Shown piece by piece: positions 1 to 12,109 of a stretch of DNA of 64,000 nucleotides (its first letter is position 1; each line of letters starts with the position of its first letter). This DNA comes from Eukaryota sp. TZLM1-RC (Eukaryota; Protista; Metamonada: BaSk clade). The DNA is taken from assembly GCA_040285825.1 (NCBI GenBank), contig JAUPSS010000003.1, positions 682,001-746,000 of the forward strand, given 5' to 3'. The notes under the pieces were generated by a model. It was not told the DNA's origin. It did no database searches and saw only the letters and a list, made by a program, of their open reading frames with translations. The position numbers and the translations under genes are program-made.

Positions 1-3000
1 GACGTCAGCAACTGGGACAGACGAAGTCTCGCCGCCATACCAAACTGCGGTACAATAAGGAACTTTATTATTGTTCGAATCTACGTAATCAAAGTGATCT
101 ATAATTTTAACGATTACAGATTCTTCCATATCGCCAGCAGCAATATTCTTATGCCAATCAAGATCTTCTTTAGGGAAGTCTGAAAGGTATAGTTTACAAT
201 GATTTATACTTGCCGTAGACATCGAACCAGTGACAAGATTCTTGAGTAATAAACTTTTATTGGATTTAACGTCTTCAACGAGAAAAGGGCCAGCGAAGCA
301 ACCATGGAGTTTACCATTAGTCTTTAATCGCAAAACTAAGTCACCTTTATTAAAAGGGTTCCTATGTTTGTTAACTTCAGGCAGTTGTTGAGCTTGCCTG
401 AGCTCTGCCTCTTCTCTCTTCTTTGAAATCCTTTCAAGTTTTGCTTCAAGATCTTTAACAAAGGGAATATTAACATTAGCTGATTTTATTAATTCAAACA
501 TATTACTAGGATCAGCTCTAGGGCTGTGGTCGCTACCAAACATTAAATTGTAGGGCGAATGATCAGTAACTCTACTAATAGTTGAATTGATTTGAAGTTG
601 TACAATTGGGATATATTCACTCCAATTGCTATAATCGCCAGAGTCCACCAAAATCTTTCTTAGACTTTGTAAGATGTCTCTGTGTCGTCTTTCTACTAAA
701 CCATTGCTTTGTGAAAAGCTAGTTAGTGAACGACTTACTTCAATGTTTAATAAATCGCATAACCCTTTGAATATGGCATTTGCAAATTCAATACCATTGT
801 CACTATGAATCAACAGTGGGATACCAAAAATTGATACTACACTCCATAGGAGGTGATTGGTTGCCTCCACTGCATTCAATTCCTTTACAGGGCAAATGAT
901 CGTATACCTAGTGAACGAATCTACGAAAACTATTAAATATTTGAATCCATTATCATCTTGTTGTAATGGTCCAATAGTATCTGCGTTTAATCGTGCAAAG
1001 GTCGATCAGCCCAAAGAGAGCCAGATGATTCAATGACATTTTTAGGCACGTGTGCCGTCTTTTGACATGCTGGGCATCTCTTAATATGATTAATCATGTC
1101 TTTGCGCATGTCGGGCCAAAAGTAATCACTATTGAGTAATTTCTTTACGCTAGTCGTCACACTAGGATGGCCAACATTTGCATGTCCATGAATGATAGTT
1201 AAAGTCTGCTTCTTTAAACTATCTGGGATAACAATCTTCCCACGATTGTTGGTATACAATTGAATATCTGAATTATAATTGTAATCTTTATAATAATCAG
1301 GATTTGAATCAACATCTATAAGTTGTTCTTGCCTAATCTTTGAGATCCAAGTGTCAAATAAATCAAATTTAGTATCCTCAACTGCTTCTTTCAGTGCAGA
1401 TAAGCTATTGATCGTGGGTAGCTCAATTGTGGACGGTTGAGTAATATCATCCCTTAACAAATTAACTCTAGTTAATAAATTTAAATAGGGTAATTGTTCT
1501 TCAACTCTGTGAGATGCCAAGTTTCTCACTTGTTGGACTCGAGGGGTTTTGGGTTTGGTATCAACCAATCTAGACAACATGTCTGCCCAATAATTCTCCT
1601 CGCCTGCCGTGTGGACTACATCAAAATTGAATTCTGACAATATTGGTAGCCACCTCTTCACAATTCTGTTCTTTTCAGGAGCTGATATAAGGTATGCTAA
1701 ATTTCTATGATCAGTGAAAATAGTTAATTTCCTCGAAATTAAATAATTTTCTAAACTACTGTCAGTGAGAATTAGTAAAATTGCATACAACTCTTTCTGA
1801 AGTACAGACCAATTCTTTTGTGAAGTTGATAATAATCTGCTAAAGAAGGCAATAGGTACAACCTTTCTCTTAATTAGCGGTGTCGTAGGATCTTTAGGTG
1901 GGTTAGCTTCTTGCCATATTACTCCACCTACAGCCACATCAGACGCATCAGCACTTATTAAAAATATGCTTGTCTTCTGAGGGCAATTCAAGAGGGATAT
2001 TTGCTTTGATAAGATTTATAATCTTACCAAAAGCCTCGTCATGATCAGAAGTCCACTTGATCTTTGACGGTTTGTTTCTGGTTAATTTGTTGATTGGTTC
2101 TATCAAATCAGACAAGTTTGGCAACCAGTCACGTATATAATTAATCGAACCTATAAAACTCCTAACTTCAGGTAATGTCCTGGGTTTGGGTAGGTTGATC
2201 AGTCCCTCAATCCTAGACTCATCTATATAACGGGTTTTGTTTATAAAAATACTACCTAGAATTTTTATTTCATGTTTGCAAGTGGTAAAGCTACACTTGG
2301 GTAGGCCAAGGTTAACTCTAAAACGTTTGGCGCGTTCTAGGACCGTACCTACTCTAGATAGAAATTCATCCAGGGTCGAAGCTACTATTATTATATCATC
2401 GATATAAATAAATACGCCCTCAGAATCAAATATTTCCATCATCATGTTTTGGAAGACTGCAGGAACGTTCTTCAAACCAAAACAAGCCCTTTTAAAACTG
2501 ATCGACATCCCGGGAATTGATACGGTAGTTTTATCAATATCCTCTTCTGCAATTTTGAGCTGCCAAAATGCCTTAGGTAAATCTAGAGTTTTTCTTTTTA
2601 TATTATTTAATTTTATTCAACAACAAATATGAAATCTAGAGTTGCTATATAATTAGCTTTACTTAGAAACTCTAAAATGTCGCTAATCCTGGGCAAATTT
2701 GCCTCTACAGGTTTAGTTAAATCATTTACTCCACCAATACCACTAAAATCGCCAGTTAATCGTGGTTTCCTGTGATCAGGGTAAATCACAAGACAGATGG
2801 GACTACTGAATTGAGACTTTGCGGGCACAGCAAATCCATTACGGATCAATTCGTTAAAAATTTCCTCGGCTACCCGTTGTTTTTCTGGGTTTAATCTTCG
2901 AGGTTTCCTTTTGACGACCTTACTTTCGTCATAAAATGGAATGGTCATCGGCTGACAATCAATTCCATCCGGGTGAGGTAGCCCACTAAATACATTTCTA

Positions 3001-6000
3001 TATTTTTCGCGTAGCACGACTAGGCGTTCCTCGTCCCTAATGTCATCCAGGCATATTCTACAGCCCAACTCATCTAACTCATGTCTAAATGTGGAATGCC
3101 CAAAATCATTACCTAAGTCTGATTTATTACTCAATTGTTCAATGAATCTAATTGGTTGACAAATTCTATTATCGAACTCACATTCAGCATTTAAGATGGT
3201 GCGATGTTCGCGATCCAGATTAATATTAAAACCGTGCTCCGTGCGTAGCCCCAAGGTTTGTAATAAGTCTCTTCCGATCAAAAAATTATTGGTACCAGGA
3301 ATGATCTGGAATTCGATCCTTAAAAACACTTGAGTGGCCAAGCTACCCACATTTAGAGCAAGAACACCATTTGCACATCCCAGGGTCGTGGAGCGAATAC
3401 CATTTGCCGATAAGTATTCGACAGTCTTATTGTCATTAACTGTCATATTACATTTAGAGGCTAAATCCATTGATAATGCTGAAAATGCAGCTCCATTATC
3501 AATTTCGCCTTGTACTTCTACGTTATTTATGGTGCAGGTTAACCAAAGTTCCCCGTTAGAACTTTCTTGGTCCTCTGCTACCCTGGATAGTCTAACACTG
3601 TGGATAGAACCCACAGGATTGGATGACTCTCTAAATCTTTTTAATGGATTTAGGTGATTATAATTCGAATCTGTTTTGCTCATTATATAAATGGATTTGA
3701 TTGAATTATTTGTAAGGTTATTGTTTAAAGATGTATAATCATCTGATTTATTACTACTACTTTTACGTTTTCTATCACGTCTTTCTCCTCCTTGACGCTT
3801 TTTTGAACCCGGTCTTCCCACTAATTTAAAACATTTCTCTTCAGGATGTTTATTGGTTTTACATAAGTTACACCATTGCTCTGAAGGGATGGGTCGACTG
3901 CTTACTCTAGGGTTCTTAAAAGGACCTTTTGACTGGCTTCGTCCTTTTTGCGCAGGAGCGTGAGCACCAAAAGCTGTTCTAATCAAATTCATGTCTTTGA
4001 TCGAGGATTCAAGGCTATTGACCTTGTTAACAAATGCGTTACCTAAATCGTAAATCGCATCGCCCAGTTTCTCGTTACTCGAATCAAACTTACCAATCCA
4101 AATGATATATGTGTCCATCAATTGATTGTTTGTTTTGTCGTTAATAGTTTCGAGAAATCTCTTTGCTGGGTAGACGACAGACGGATTACCATCCGTTCCG
4201 GGCATAATTGTAGAGCGTCGAATTATATATATGATTTGCTCTATGAAGGCTGTCCATGAAGATTCAGCAGACATTTTGCGACTGATCTCAGGTGGTCTTA
4301 CAGACCTTAAAGCCTTCTCAACATCGGTAGGGTATTTGTACTGGGTGCTGAGTAGCAAATATTCCCAGATTTCGGCGTCAGATGGGTTGTTGCCTAACAC
4401 GTTTGTTCGGCCTCCATAAAAACTCTGCCATTCTGCGATGACCTTACCCTCAATCATAAATCTCAAATACAAAGGGTCCACTTCGAAGAACATAGATCTA
4501 ACGAAGTCGTACTGATGAACAGGTTGACCGTATTTGGTGATCGGCGTAAATGCTCTGGTGGGTCCATCGCGATCCCTAACTGTTTTAGCCCAATTGCCAA
4601 AGTTAAGAACGAAGTCGAAGATCTTCTTGGCGTCAAACGCTTCATTTAACTTAACTAGGCATCTCAGTTTGTCGTCTATTCTTTTCCTCAATTTCTCCTC
4701 GTCTGTTACAGGAGTTCTATAAAGACCGAGGGTGTCGACGAGAGAATCTCTAGGAGCATTCGTTCCTAGGGGTTGCGTGGGTATAGATGATTTTATAACA
4801 GATGCTTGTGTAGGAGTTGCTTCACAAGAAGCTCTCCTAGATGCCAGAGGCCCTACAGAAGGTGTACTATATAGGTTCATATTCCTCTCTTCTGAAGGCA
4901 ATGTTTCGCCCAACCTTATGATAAATCTTGTCTTAGGAGGTTCCTCCTGCACAGGTACAGTCTGGGCTGGTGGTCTTAAATCCACCCAATCTGGTGCATC
5001 TTTAGATCCTCTAGGGACCCCTGCTAGTTTATGATCATATGGAAGGCAACTGCTCTTTATTAAGACATTCTCAAAAACATTTTGGTCGGGCCAGCTATCA
5101 ACCCATGCCTTAAGTTTAGCCATCCATGCATCAGGGTATACTAGTATTAACTTGTTGGGGCCAACACGTTGCTCTTTCAATTCAATTACCCTCGTGCCTA
5201 TTTCTCTAATATAGGACTCTTTGGTATGAAATTGAAGGGTGTCACCTCGAGATTCATCGAATCTGCCCCCAAGCATAATAAGAATGTCCGCAATGGAATC
5301 TTTTGGGTGTACATTCTCCACTAGGAAATGCCTTACGACGCCTCTAAGGTTTCTACCTTGTTGATTATGAGGATACATTTTAGCTATCCAAAATAGTCTG
5401 TCGTAAGCTTCTTGATTTCCACTGAAATATATTTTGTGGTCATCAATTGCATCCCTATGCCATTTGGCAGGCCTGGGAGTAGCAGCTTGATACTTTGATC
5501 GAGGTGCGCTAAAATAGCAATCCTCGACTGCACTCATTCCACACGAGACTGCCGAATCGGTAAGATCATCCAATCTCTTTAAAAAGATTTGGACTTTGAT
5601 CATAACTCTCGTAGACGACGTCGTCAAGTGTTTTGCCGTGGGCTTCCCCAAAGAGGAAGGGCCAACGTTTCGCTAAATAGTCACGTCGCACCTTCTCACA
5701 TTCGGCTGGGTCTACGTCTCCCGCAAGACGCTCTGACTCATTCTCAGCCATTTTTAATAATTCGTCATCACTCCAATCCAGTATATCTTCGGGAGGATTG
5801 GCGATGAGGTCCAATAAGAAATCTCTAGTTACAGCCTCAACTGCCTTTGCTAATTTCCTGCGGTAAAGACCCTGAGAAGTCCTTTCCGTAGATGGGAAAC
5901 TAGGAGTTGGATTAGGAGGATTGGGTGTATGAGGTGGTTCATCATCGCTCTCATCCCTCTCCTGCTGTAGTTCTGATTAAGAGATCCTCTGGAATCACTT

Positions 6001-6552
6001 TGAGGTTCCTCACTTGAGCTGATGTCAGAAGTAGGTGAGGAGGGAGTTTTACGTGAGGAGCCAGTCGTAGACTGTTGCTCGCCTTCACCTCCTTCACCTT
6101 CTGTACAAGCGTCAGATTTGGTACCCTACAACAAACGCTTTGAATCTCCGTTGCTCGCTCGGAGTGAGAAAACTCTTCCTACAAGGAAGGAGCTCCGAGG
6201 AGTTGTCAGGGTATGTGTATAGTTCTGACACATCAACAACGTGGTTACCTCTCTCCGTATAAGGGAGGTGACTTCTTTTCTGGGAGGTGGGGCTCTCCTC
6301 AGTGCGAAGTTCACTCTCCTTATTGAGGAGGTGGCTTTCTTTCTGAGAGGCAATGCTCTTCTCAGCGGAAAGCTCACTCTCCTTTGGAGGATTACTCTTC
6401 CCGAAGGAAGGACTACTCTCCGCAAGTGGAGGATTACTCACCGAGGGCGGTGGACTGTTCTCCTTCAAAGAAGGGACATTACTCTTCCTCAGAGAGGAAG
6501 GAGGGTTATCATTGTGGCTATTCAAGCCATTAATTAATGATGCTCTATCCAT
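1..6552 (-). mobile_element. Ty3/Gypsy (chromovirus-like) LTR retrotransposon 1, gag-pol disrupted, running off the left edge of the window
   Basis: Domain order is gag (zinc knuckle CNLCKTNKHPEEKC), protease (EIDNGAAFS), RT (FGLKNVPAVFQ, YIDD), RNase H (ADASDVAVGG, ELYAIL, TDHRNL), integrase HHCC (HGHANVGH..CPACQ). The integrase core lies at about 1-990, followed by a chromodomain-like tail (VIVKIIDH..CTAVWYGGETSSVP). It carries several frame breaks and a 53-bp insertion plus duplication in RT. Confidence 0.95.
2591..2631 (-). mobile_element. 41-bp retroposed micro-insertion with 12-bp target-site duplication inside the Gypsy-1 RT
   Basis: AAATCTAGAGTT occurs at 2579-2590 and 2632-2643. The insert on the - strand contains AATAAA and an A-rich 3' end. 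Removing it restores ATLD-LPKAFWQ. Confidence 0.85.
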
Positions 6553-6623
6553 ATGATAACAAGAATAAGGAATAATTTATTAGAATTTCACCGGCCCTTA
6601 TAAAGGCCATCACTAGTGAACTA

Positions 6624-6695
6624 TGTTATATAAATATAAATGTACTAGACTAATTGTCCACAGTACAACACCACGACTGATGTTGTATAGAAACA
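6624..6695 (-). repeat. candidate short 5' LTR of Gypsy-1
   Basis: TGTTATATA...TATAGAAACA (TG..CA, imperfect inverted ends) lies about 70 bp upstream of the gag ATG. The partner LTR is outside the window, so this is unverified. Confidence 0.3.
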
Positions 6696-7139
6696 TCGAG
6701 AAAAATGTAATGAAACGGGAAAGTGTGTTCACACAATGCACACATCAACGATTCATCAAGAATAGAAGAAGATCTATGAGTGAATGTGGCTACAACACAA
6801 AAGGAAGAATTCATTGATCATACTTCTCACCAAGAATGAAAGTTCTTGGAATAAGTTTGAATGATGCTTGAAGAAAGTATGCATTTCGAATGAAAACCAC
6901 AGAATAATTGAGATAATCTGCTTTGTGATAGTTGAAACAAAAAGTATTTCACAATCTATCAATAACTACAGACACAAAATAGCTCGTTTATCACCACAAA
7001 TTTGGTTGCAACAAGCACAACACGTCTCATTCTCAATGAATCAAGAATTTCACCAACGTGTTTACATCTTTCAAATGATATTTCCTTAATTATTTTTGTA
7101 AAGGTAATATTCAATTTACTGAAATTTTTTTTAAAACTG

Positions 7140-7790
7140 GAATATTTATTGAGATAAAAAAACCCATCTAGAATTCAATATCCTCCAAACAAGCGTCACT
7201 ATTACTGAACCTACTCACAGCATTACGTTCATATTCTACACCAATAGCTAAAAGTGCCTTTGAAATCATTGTTGGAATAGACTTGAAAATGCAAAAAACA
7301 ATTCTATTTAACCAGAAAGTGGAATTCATTGTTTTGCCAGACCTATTCAGTAACACTTTCTTAAAATTTTCAAAAAAAGTGCAACCCTGAAGGTCCAATA
7401 TTGCCAAAAAGAGAAATTGCAAACGGCACAAACTGATATTTCACATCTTCCACTCTACCTAACTGTGCCAAAGGTTCTTCATATTTTTTTATCTTCTTTT
7501 TTTCGGCGTTAGATAACGGCGAATCAGCGGAATACACTAAACGAGCAGCAGAATTTTTGCAAACATCAACTGAGACAACATCTACAACATTGAGAACACC
7601 ATCGATCCGTGGAGCTACTAAATCTGCCCTTCTTTTACCAAAGGAATCATCAGTTTGATCTGAAGACAGCTTACGTACTAGTGGCTCAATAAATGCCTCT
7701 ATATTGAAACTTTTGCACATGGCATATAATTGATCACAAACTGAGTCATGAACAATTGAGCGATAAGTTATAAAATACTTACAGTTCTGA
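7140..7790 (-). mobile_element. 5'-truncated RLE-type non-LTR retrotransposon (endonuclease plus 3' end)
   Basis: VHDSVCDQL, RRADL..D, K..KY, FVPFAISLFGNIG and WLNRIVF motifs, then a stop and AATAAA. Confidence 0.85.
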
Positions 7791-8042
7791 TCAAAAAATC
7801 AATAAACTGAGTTTGTATAAAGTAAAGACCACTCAAGATGTAGATTCAATCTTGATTCACTCAAATCATAACAATTAGAATTTGAATTGAAGTGCAAGTA
7901 TTTATTTGTTGATGTATCACCAAATTGTATTAAATTCTGGAAAATTAATTTTAATAAAGAGACAACTTATGTAATTTATCAACAAATATTAAATTATAGC
8001 TTCCTTTTGAAATACTAATATACATATACTGCAAAATCTGGA

Positions 8043-8761
8043 TTAATCAAAATTGACCTCATCCTCCTGATTTTGACTCTCGATAGGAGGAGGACTCATC
8101 GCCACTCTCTCTTCTTCCCTTTCATTGTGAACTAAAGAGTGATCAGGACTGGTATTCTCATTGACAGGACTATCAGAAGGAGGGTTCTTGCCAATTTGGG
8201 CTGGACATGACCGAGACATTGACGGGGAGAAAGAAGCACTCTGTTTGCGTTGTTTGACCAAGTGTCCCTTTTCAGTTCTTGGCACGACTTCCCTTAGGTT
8301 TTGTTCATATTTACGATGTCGAACACCGTGATCCTTCCATTCAGCAAGACTAAAAGTGGGTGGTTTCGTTTGAATTCTGTGTAGAATACCCTGATTTTCA
8401 TGCGTAATTCGCTCCAATTCCCGTTTTCTATAATTTCGGTGAAGAGTTCCTGGATGTTGAGAAAACGATAGAGAGTTGTCTAAAGTGTTCGACTTTGACA
8501 TGATATCTGAGATTTGACCAAGAAGACGGTAGTTCTCACGTTCTATTTCAGTAAATCGTTCTGAGGTCAATAATAGCGGGTCCACATTCCTTCGTCAATC
8601 TGTTGCTTTTTCTTGTTCTCAAAGACGTGGCGGTGGTCGGGTGGTGGTTTGTTATCAATGGCAGGTTTCATTTTCTTAAGTTTCTGACGATGTAAGTTAA
8701 GTTCACGTTGGCGCCATTTTTGTTCAAGTAGCTTATTGGAAGAAGGTATGGCTCGATACAT
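8043..8761 (-). CDS. CFAP97/KIAA1430 (hemingway)-domain ciliary protein, 2 exons (intron 8561-8589)
   Basis: HRQKLKKMKPAIDNKPP..KKQQIDE|ERFTEIERENYRLL..ITHENQGILHRI is the family pattern. Two ORFs are joined by removing a 29-nt intron. Confidence 0.8.
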
Positions 8762-8799
8762 TTAAAAGGTGTAAGGCGGTTTCTGTCTGTGGTGTTCAC

Positions 8800-9100
8800 T
8801 TGAAAAGCGTAGTTTATCTACTGTGAATTTCACTTATCATGCATTCCCCTGTGAAATTCACTCCTGTTTTCAACTTTCTCAATGTCTACTCACAGGCTGT
8901 AAGAGACATGTAGCATCATTTGACAAAGACAATCATGATCTTCATCAATGGGCTACCTCACTTAAATACACCTACTGCTTTCACAGAACAAAGCCTCGCG
9001 ACTTGATGTATCTAAGTGGATCTACCAAATGCTACTAGGGCATTTGTAGATCGGTCTCAAACAGTTTTTCAAAGTTTTTGTTTCTCTTTGCTCAGGTTGC
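8800..9100 (-). ncRNA. putative Fanzor omegaRNA scaffold
   Basis: Four consecutive stems lie downstream of the Fanzor stop: 8823-8833/8851-8861, 8882-8909, 8959-8972/9005-9018 and 9019-9052. The A/C mismatches on the + strand become G-U pairs on the - strand. Confidence 0.55.
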
Positions 9101-9104
9101 CCAT

Positions 9105-9400
9105 TCATTTCCTCAACAGAGCTTCTGGGCAAATGTATCTTTCCGGCCACAATTCCGCTTTCTTCTTAATTTGAATATTTTTTGCAGCGGAAATATCTCT
9201 GTCATATATTATTTGACACTCAGTACAAATACGCATCTGCCATGAGCCTGCTTGAATATTCTCGGCCATGCAACAACTTGACATTTTGCTTGTATTAAAT
9301 TCACTGGTTGACAAGTGCTTCACGTCCTTTTGATAACACAACCATTTTCTGAAAGCCCTTGCTGATCCATGATGCTTTGACTCCCAGTACAATTCATGAA
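9105..9400 (-). pseudogene. Fanzor/TnpB C-terminal fragment (locus B)
   Basis: RuvC-II EFNTSK, zinc finger SCC..CTEC, RuvC-III DRDISAAKNI. Confidence 0.8.
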
Positions 9401-9809
9401 AGCATTAATTTTACTGTTCAAACACCATTTATTCTAAGAGTTTTACATTTTGACATTGAAACTGTGATGTTGGGTAAAAAGCTCAGTTATGAGGACTAAA
9501 CAATTGTCATTTCAAGAGAAAATTCAATCTCTTACTGTGACAAGATTGTTGCAAATTCTGTTTCTCATATTGTTACTGGAGAACAGATTGAATTAAATCT
9601 TTGTTTTTGCAATTTTGTACAAAAGTCACCAATCAGAAATGAACATTATTGTAAAGTTGATGATAAAAATATCAATTTATATCATCATTTTTGTGAAAAT
9701 GAATTGCTGAGTTCATTCAAACAATTAGAATAAATTCAAAATTCTCAAATAGTATCTGGTTTCAATATTGTCAACTTTGTCATCCCATATATTATCAAAA
9801 GTTCACATT

Positions 9810-10710
9810 TACACTCTCAATACAATAGATAATGGTACTAACAGGGTAATTGATCCATCCAATTATGAACTATCCGAAGCTCACCAACAAACGATGGATA
9901 TAAACATCCATACGTTCAACAATGTAAGGAGCGAACAATTAGTTTATTGAGAGGTGATGTACCTCAACGAATTGATTACTCATTCAACTTGGGTAATAAT
10001 GATCAAAAAAACTAAATCTGTAGCAGAATGGGAAGCAACTTTATCCCAATTTAATCCAAAAGCTGCAGGTTTGATAGATTTACGGCATATATTAACCAAG
10101 AGAATTTTGTGAATAGTACCATTAGTGAACTCTATCATTAAAAAATATTTAGGAAACTAAGACGGTAGGCTAAGATCACTCGCACAAGATCTGAGGTAAA
10201 AACGATTCAGTGCTTCCACTAAATAATTGGTGATACCAGCCAAGTAGTTATCGCAATCGGAGACTGGGAACAACGAAAATGTATGAAATTCAAAGAACCT
10301 ACCACAGGAAAAGGTTTGAGAATTTTAAAAAGGCTGGTTATAAGGTCTTTTTAATTAATGAGTTTCGAAACAGTTGTTGCTGCTGCTTCAATTGTAGGAA
10401 AGAAGAGAAAACAGTTGAAACATTTCGATTGTGCGGAAGCCCAATGCCATGGAAGAGGCATGAGATGTCTAATCGTCATGGCCTTACCATGTGTAAATCA
10501 TACGAAAGTTTGTGGAATAGAGATCGAAATGGTCGTTAAATATGTTGGCCGTGATGGAAATAAATGTAAACGGAGGAGACATGGCAACATAAGTGCAGGG
10601 AGCCAAGGTTGATGACAGTTCAAAAAGGTTTCAAGGAGAAAATCTTGCACTTCTCAAAACTCAGTCCCTCTACATTGGTGTAAAAAGGACACTTATTGCA
10701 TTGTTATAGA
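9810..10710 (+). mobile_element. decayed Fanzor1 element, 3' half (locus A; same family as 42858-43890)
   Basis: IGDWE, KEPT.GKG, INEFRNSC..C, RHGLTMC, LWNRD across stops and frameshifts. It is alignable by eye to the reverse complement of 42858-43740 up to ...CATTGTTATAGA. Confidence 0.9.
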
Positions 10711-12030
10711 ATGATACAACCCTACTTTCTAGTACCACGGTACCGACGTGTTTTATTGCTTGTTGGTCTAGCTTTTGCTTCTCTAGTCTTTCTTTTATCA
10801 TTTTCTTTGTTTGAACAATATCCTGAAATACCTGACACTGAAATACAATGGGATAGCTCCTATAAACACTCTCTGCCTGTCAATGACCCACCACCACCAC
10901 CCTCAAAACCTTCACCAACTGATGTACCTCCAGAGCCACCAAATTCCAAGAAAACAAAGCACAACAATACTAACCCTAATCCTTCCAAACCTATTCTGCC
11001 TTCCTCTCGACTTTCTGTCTCCAAAAACCCTCTACCTCCAGGTAAGAAAGCTCTACGTGGTGGCCAAATAGACGCTGTGGTCACTTTTGTCAATGGTTCT
11101 GATCCCTCTTGGCAGAAAGCCCGTAAGGATAGACTTCGCCATCTTGGTCATGCTGCCACCGCTGAATTCCAATGGAGAGACAATAATGAACTTGTTTACT
11201 GTTTGCGTGGGCTTTATAGCAACGTTCCTCAGCTTCGACATATTTTCCTAGTCGTTGCTTCTCCTTCCCAAGTTCCCCCGTGGTTGAACACCAATGACCC
11301 TTATATCAGCATTGTTTACCACGATGAGCTGTTCACCACGAAGAGTTATCTCCCTACGTTTAGTTCGTATGCAATTGAAGCTAATTTATGGAGGATACCA
11401 TATTTATCTGATGACTTTATTTACTTGAATGATGATTTCTTTATTGTAAATACCTTGCCTGATGATCTTATTCGTGATTCCGAAGGATTTGCCCAAATAC
11501 ATATAGACCATACCAAAATCAATAGACCAATCAATCAATTCAGAAGAGGTTTGATTAATGCTGGGAGAATATTGACCCGAAGATTTGGTCGACCAAAATC
11601 AATTAATTCATGGTACGCTCTGTCGCATACTTTTTACGTCTGTAACAGACAAGTAATGGAGGAAACTGCCAAGGAATTTCCAAAAGCTTACAATGACCTG
11701 CAGCGGAATCCATTCCGGACACCAAGCGGCTTACCACATTTCATTTTCCTTTCTAATCATTTTTGGGTGCAAAAGACAATAGAACAATCATTTAAGGGAC
11801 ACCACAAGGCCAAGTATCACAAATGTCACGGAGGGGAGTACATTTATTGGAATTTCCACACAGATGATGATTATATTCATAAAAACCAACAATATTTTGA
11901 CAGGATTGAAACTAGGGGGGTGGTGTCAATTTGTATCAATGATGATAAGGATAGAACTGATGAACAACAAGCATGGATTAATTCAAAGCTTTTGAAATTG
12001 TTCCCCGATAAAGCTATTTGGGAGAAATAA
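10711..12030 (+). CDS. Stealth-family hexose-1-phosphate transferase-like type II membrane protein
   Basis: N-terminal TM, Pro-rich stem, CR1 IDAVVTFVNGSDP, CR2 NNELVYCLR/LPTFSSYAIE/YLNDDFF, CR4 CIND. First ATG at 10711. Confidence 0.9.
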   Translation: MIQPYFLVPRYRRVLLLVGLAFASLVFLLSFSLFEQYPEIPDTEIQWDSSYKHSLPVNDPPPPPSKPSPTDVPPEPPNSKKTKHNNTNPNPSKPILPSSRLSVSKNPLPPGKKALRGGQIDAVVTFVNGSDPSWQKARKDRLRHLGHAATAEFQWRDNNELVYCLRGLYSNVPQLRHIFLVVASPSQVPPWLNTNDPYISIVYHDELFTTKSYLPTFSSYAIEANLWRIPYLSDDFIYLNDDFFIVNTLPDDLIRDSEGFAQIHIDHTKINRPINQFRRGLINAGRILTRRFGRPKSINSWYALSHTFYVCNRQVMEETAKEFPKAYNDLQRNPFRTPSGLPHFIFLSNHFWVQKTIEQSFKGHHKAKYHKCHGGEYIYWNFHTDDDYIHKNQQYFDRIETRGVVSICINDDKDRTDEQQAWINSKLLKLFPDKAIWEK

Positions 12031-12109
12031 GGTGTAGATTCTGATAATAATGTTAATACCAAATAATTTCATGAAAAATTATTTTTGATTTACAATAAAT
12101 TATTAAAAA

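Noticed and set aside
2591-2631. Insert in the Gypsy-1 RT as a spliceable intron
   Set aside because: The available GT..AG pairs leave the RT out of frame, and the TSD indicates an insertion.
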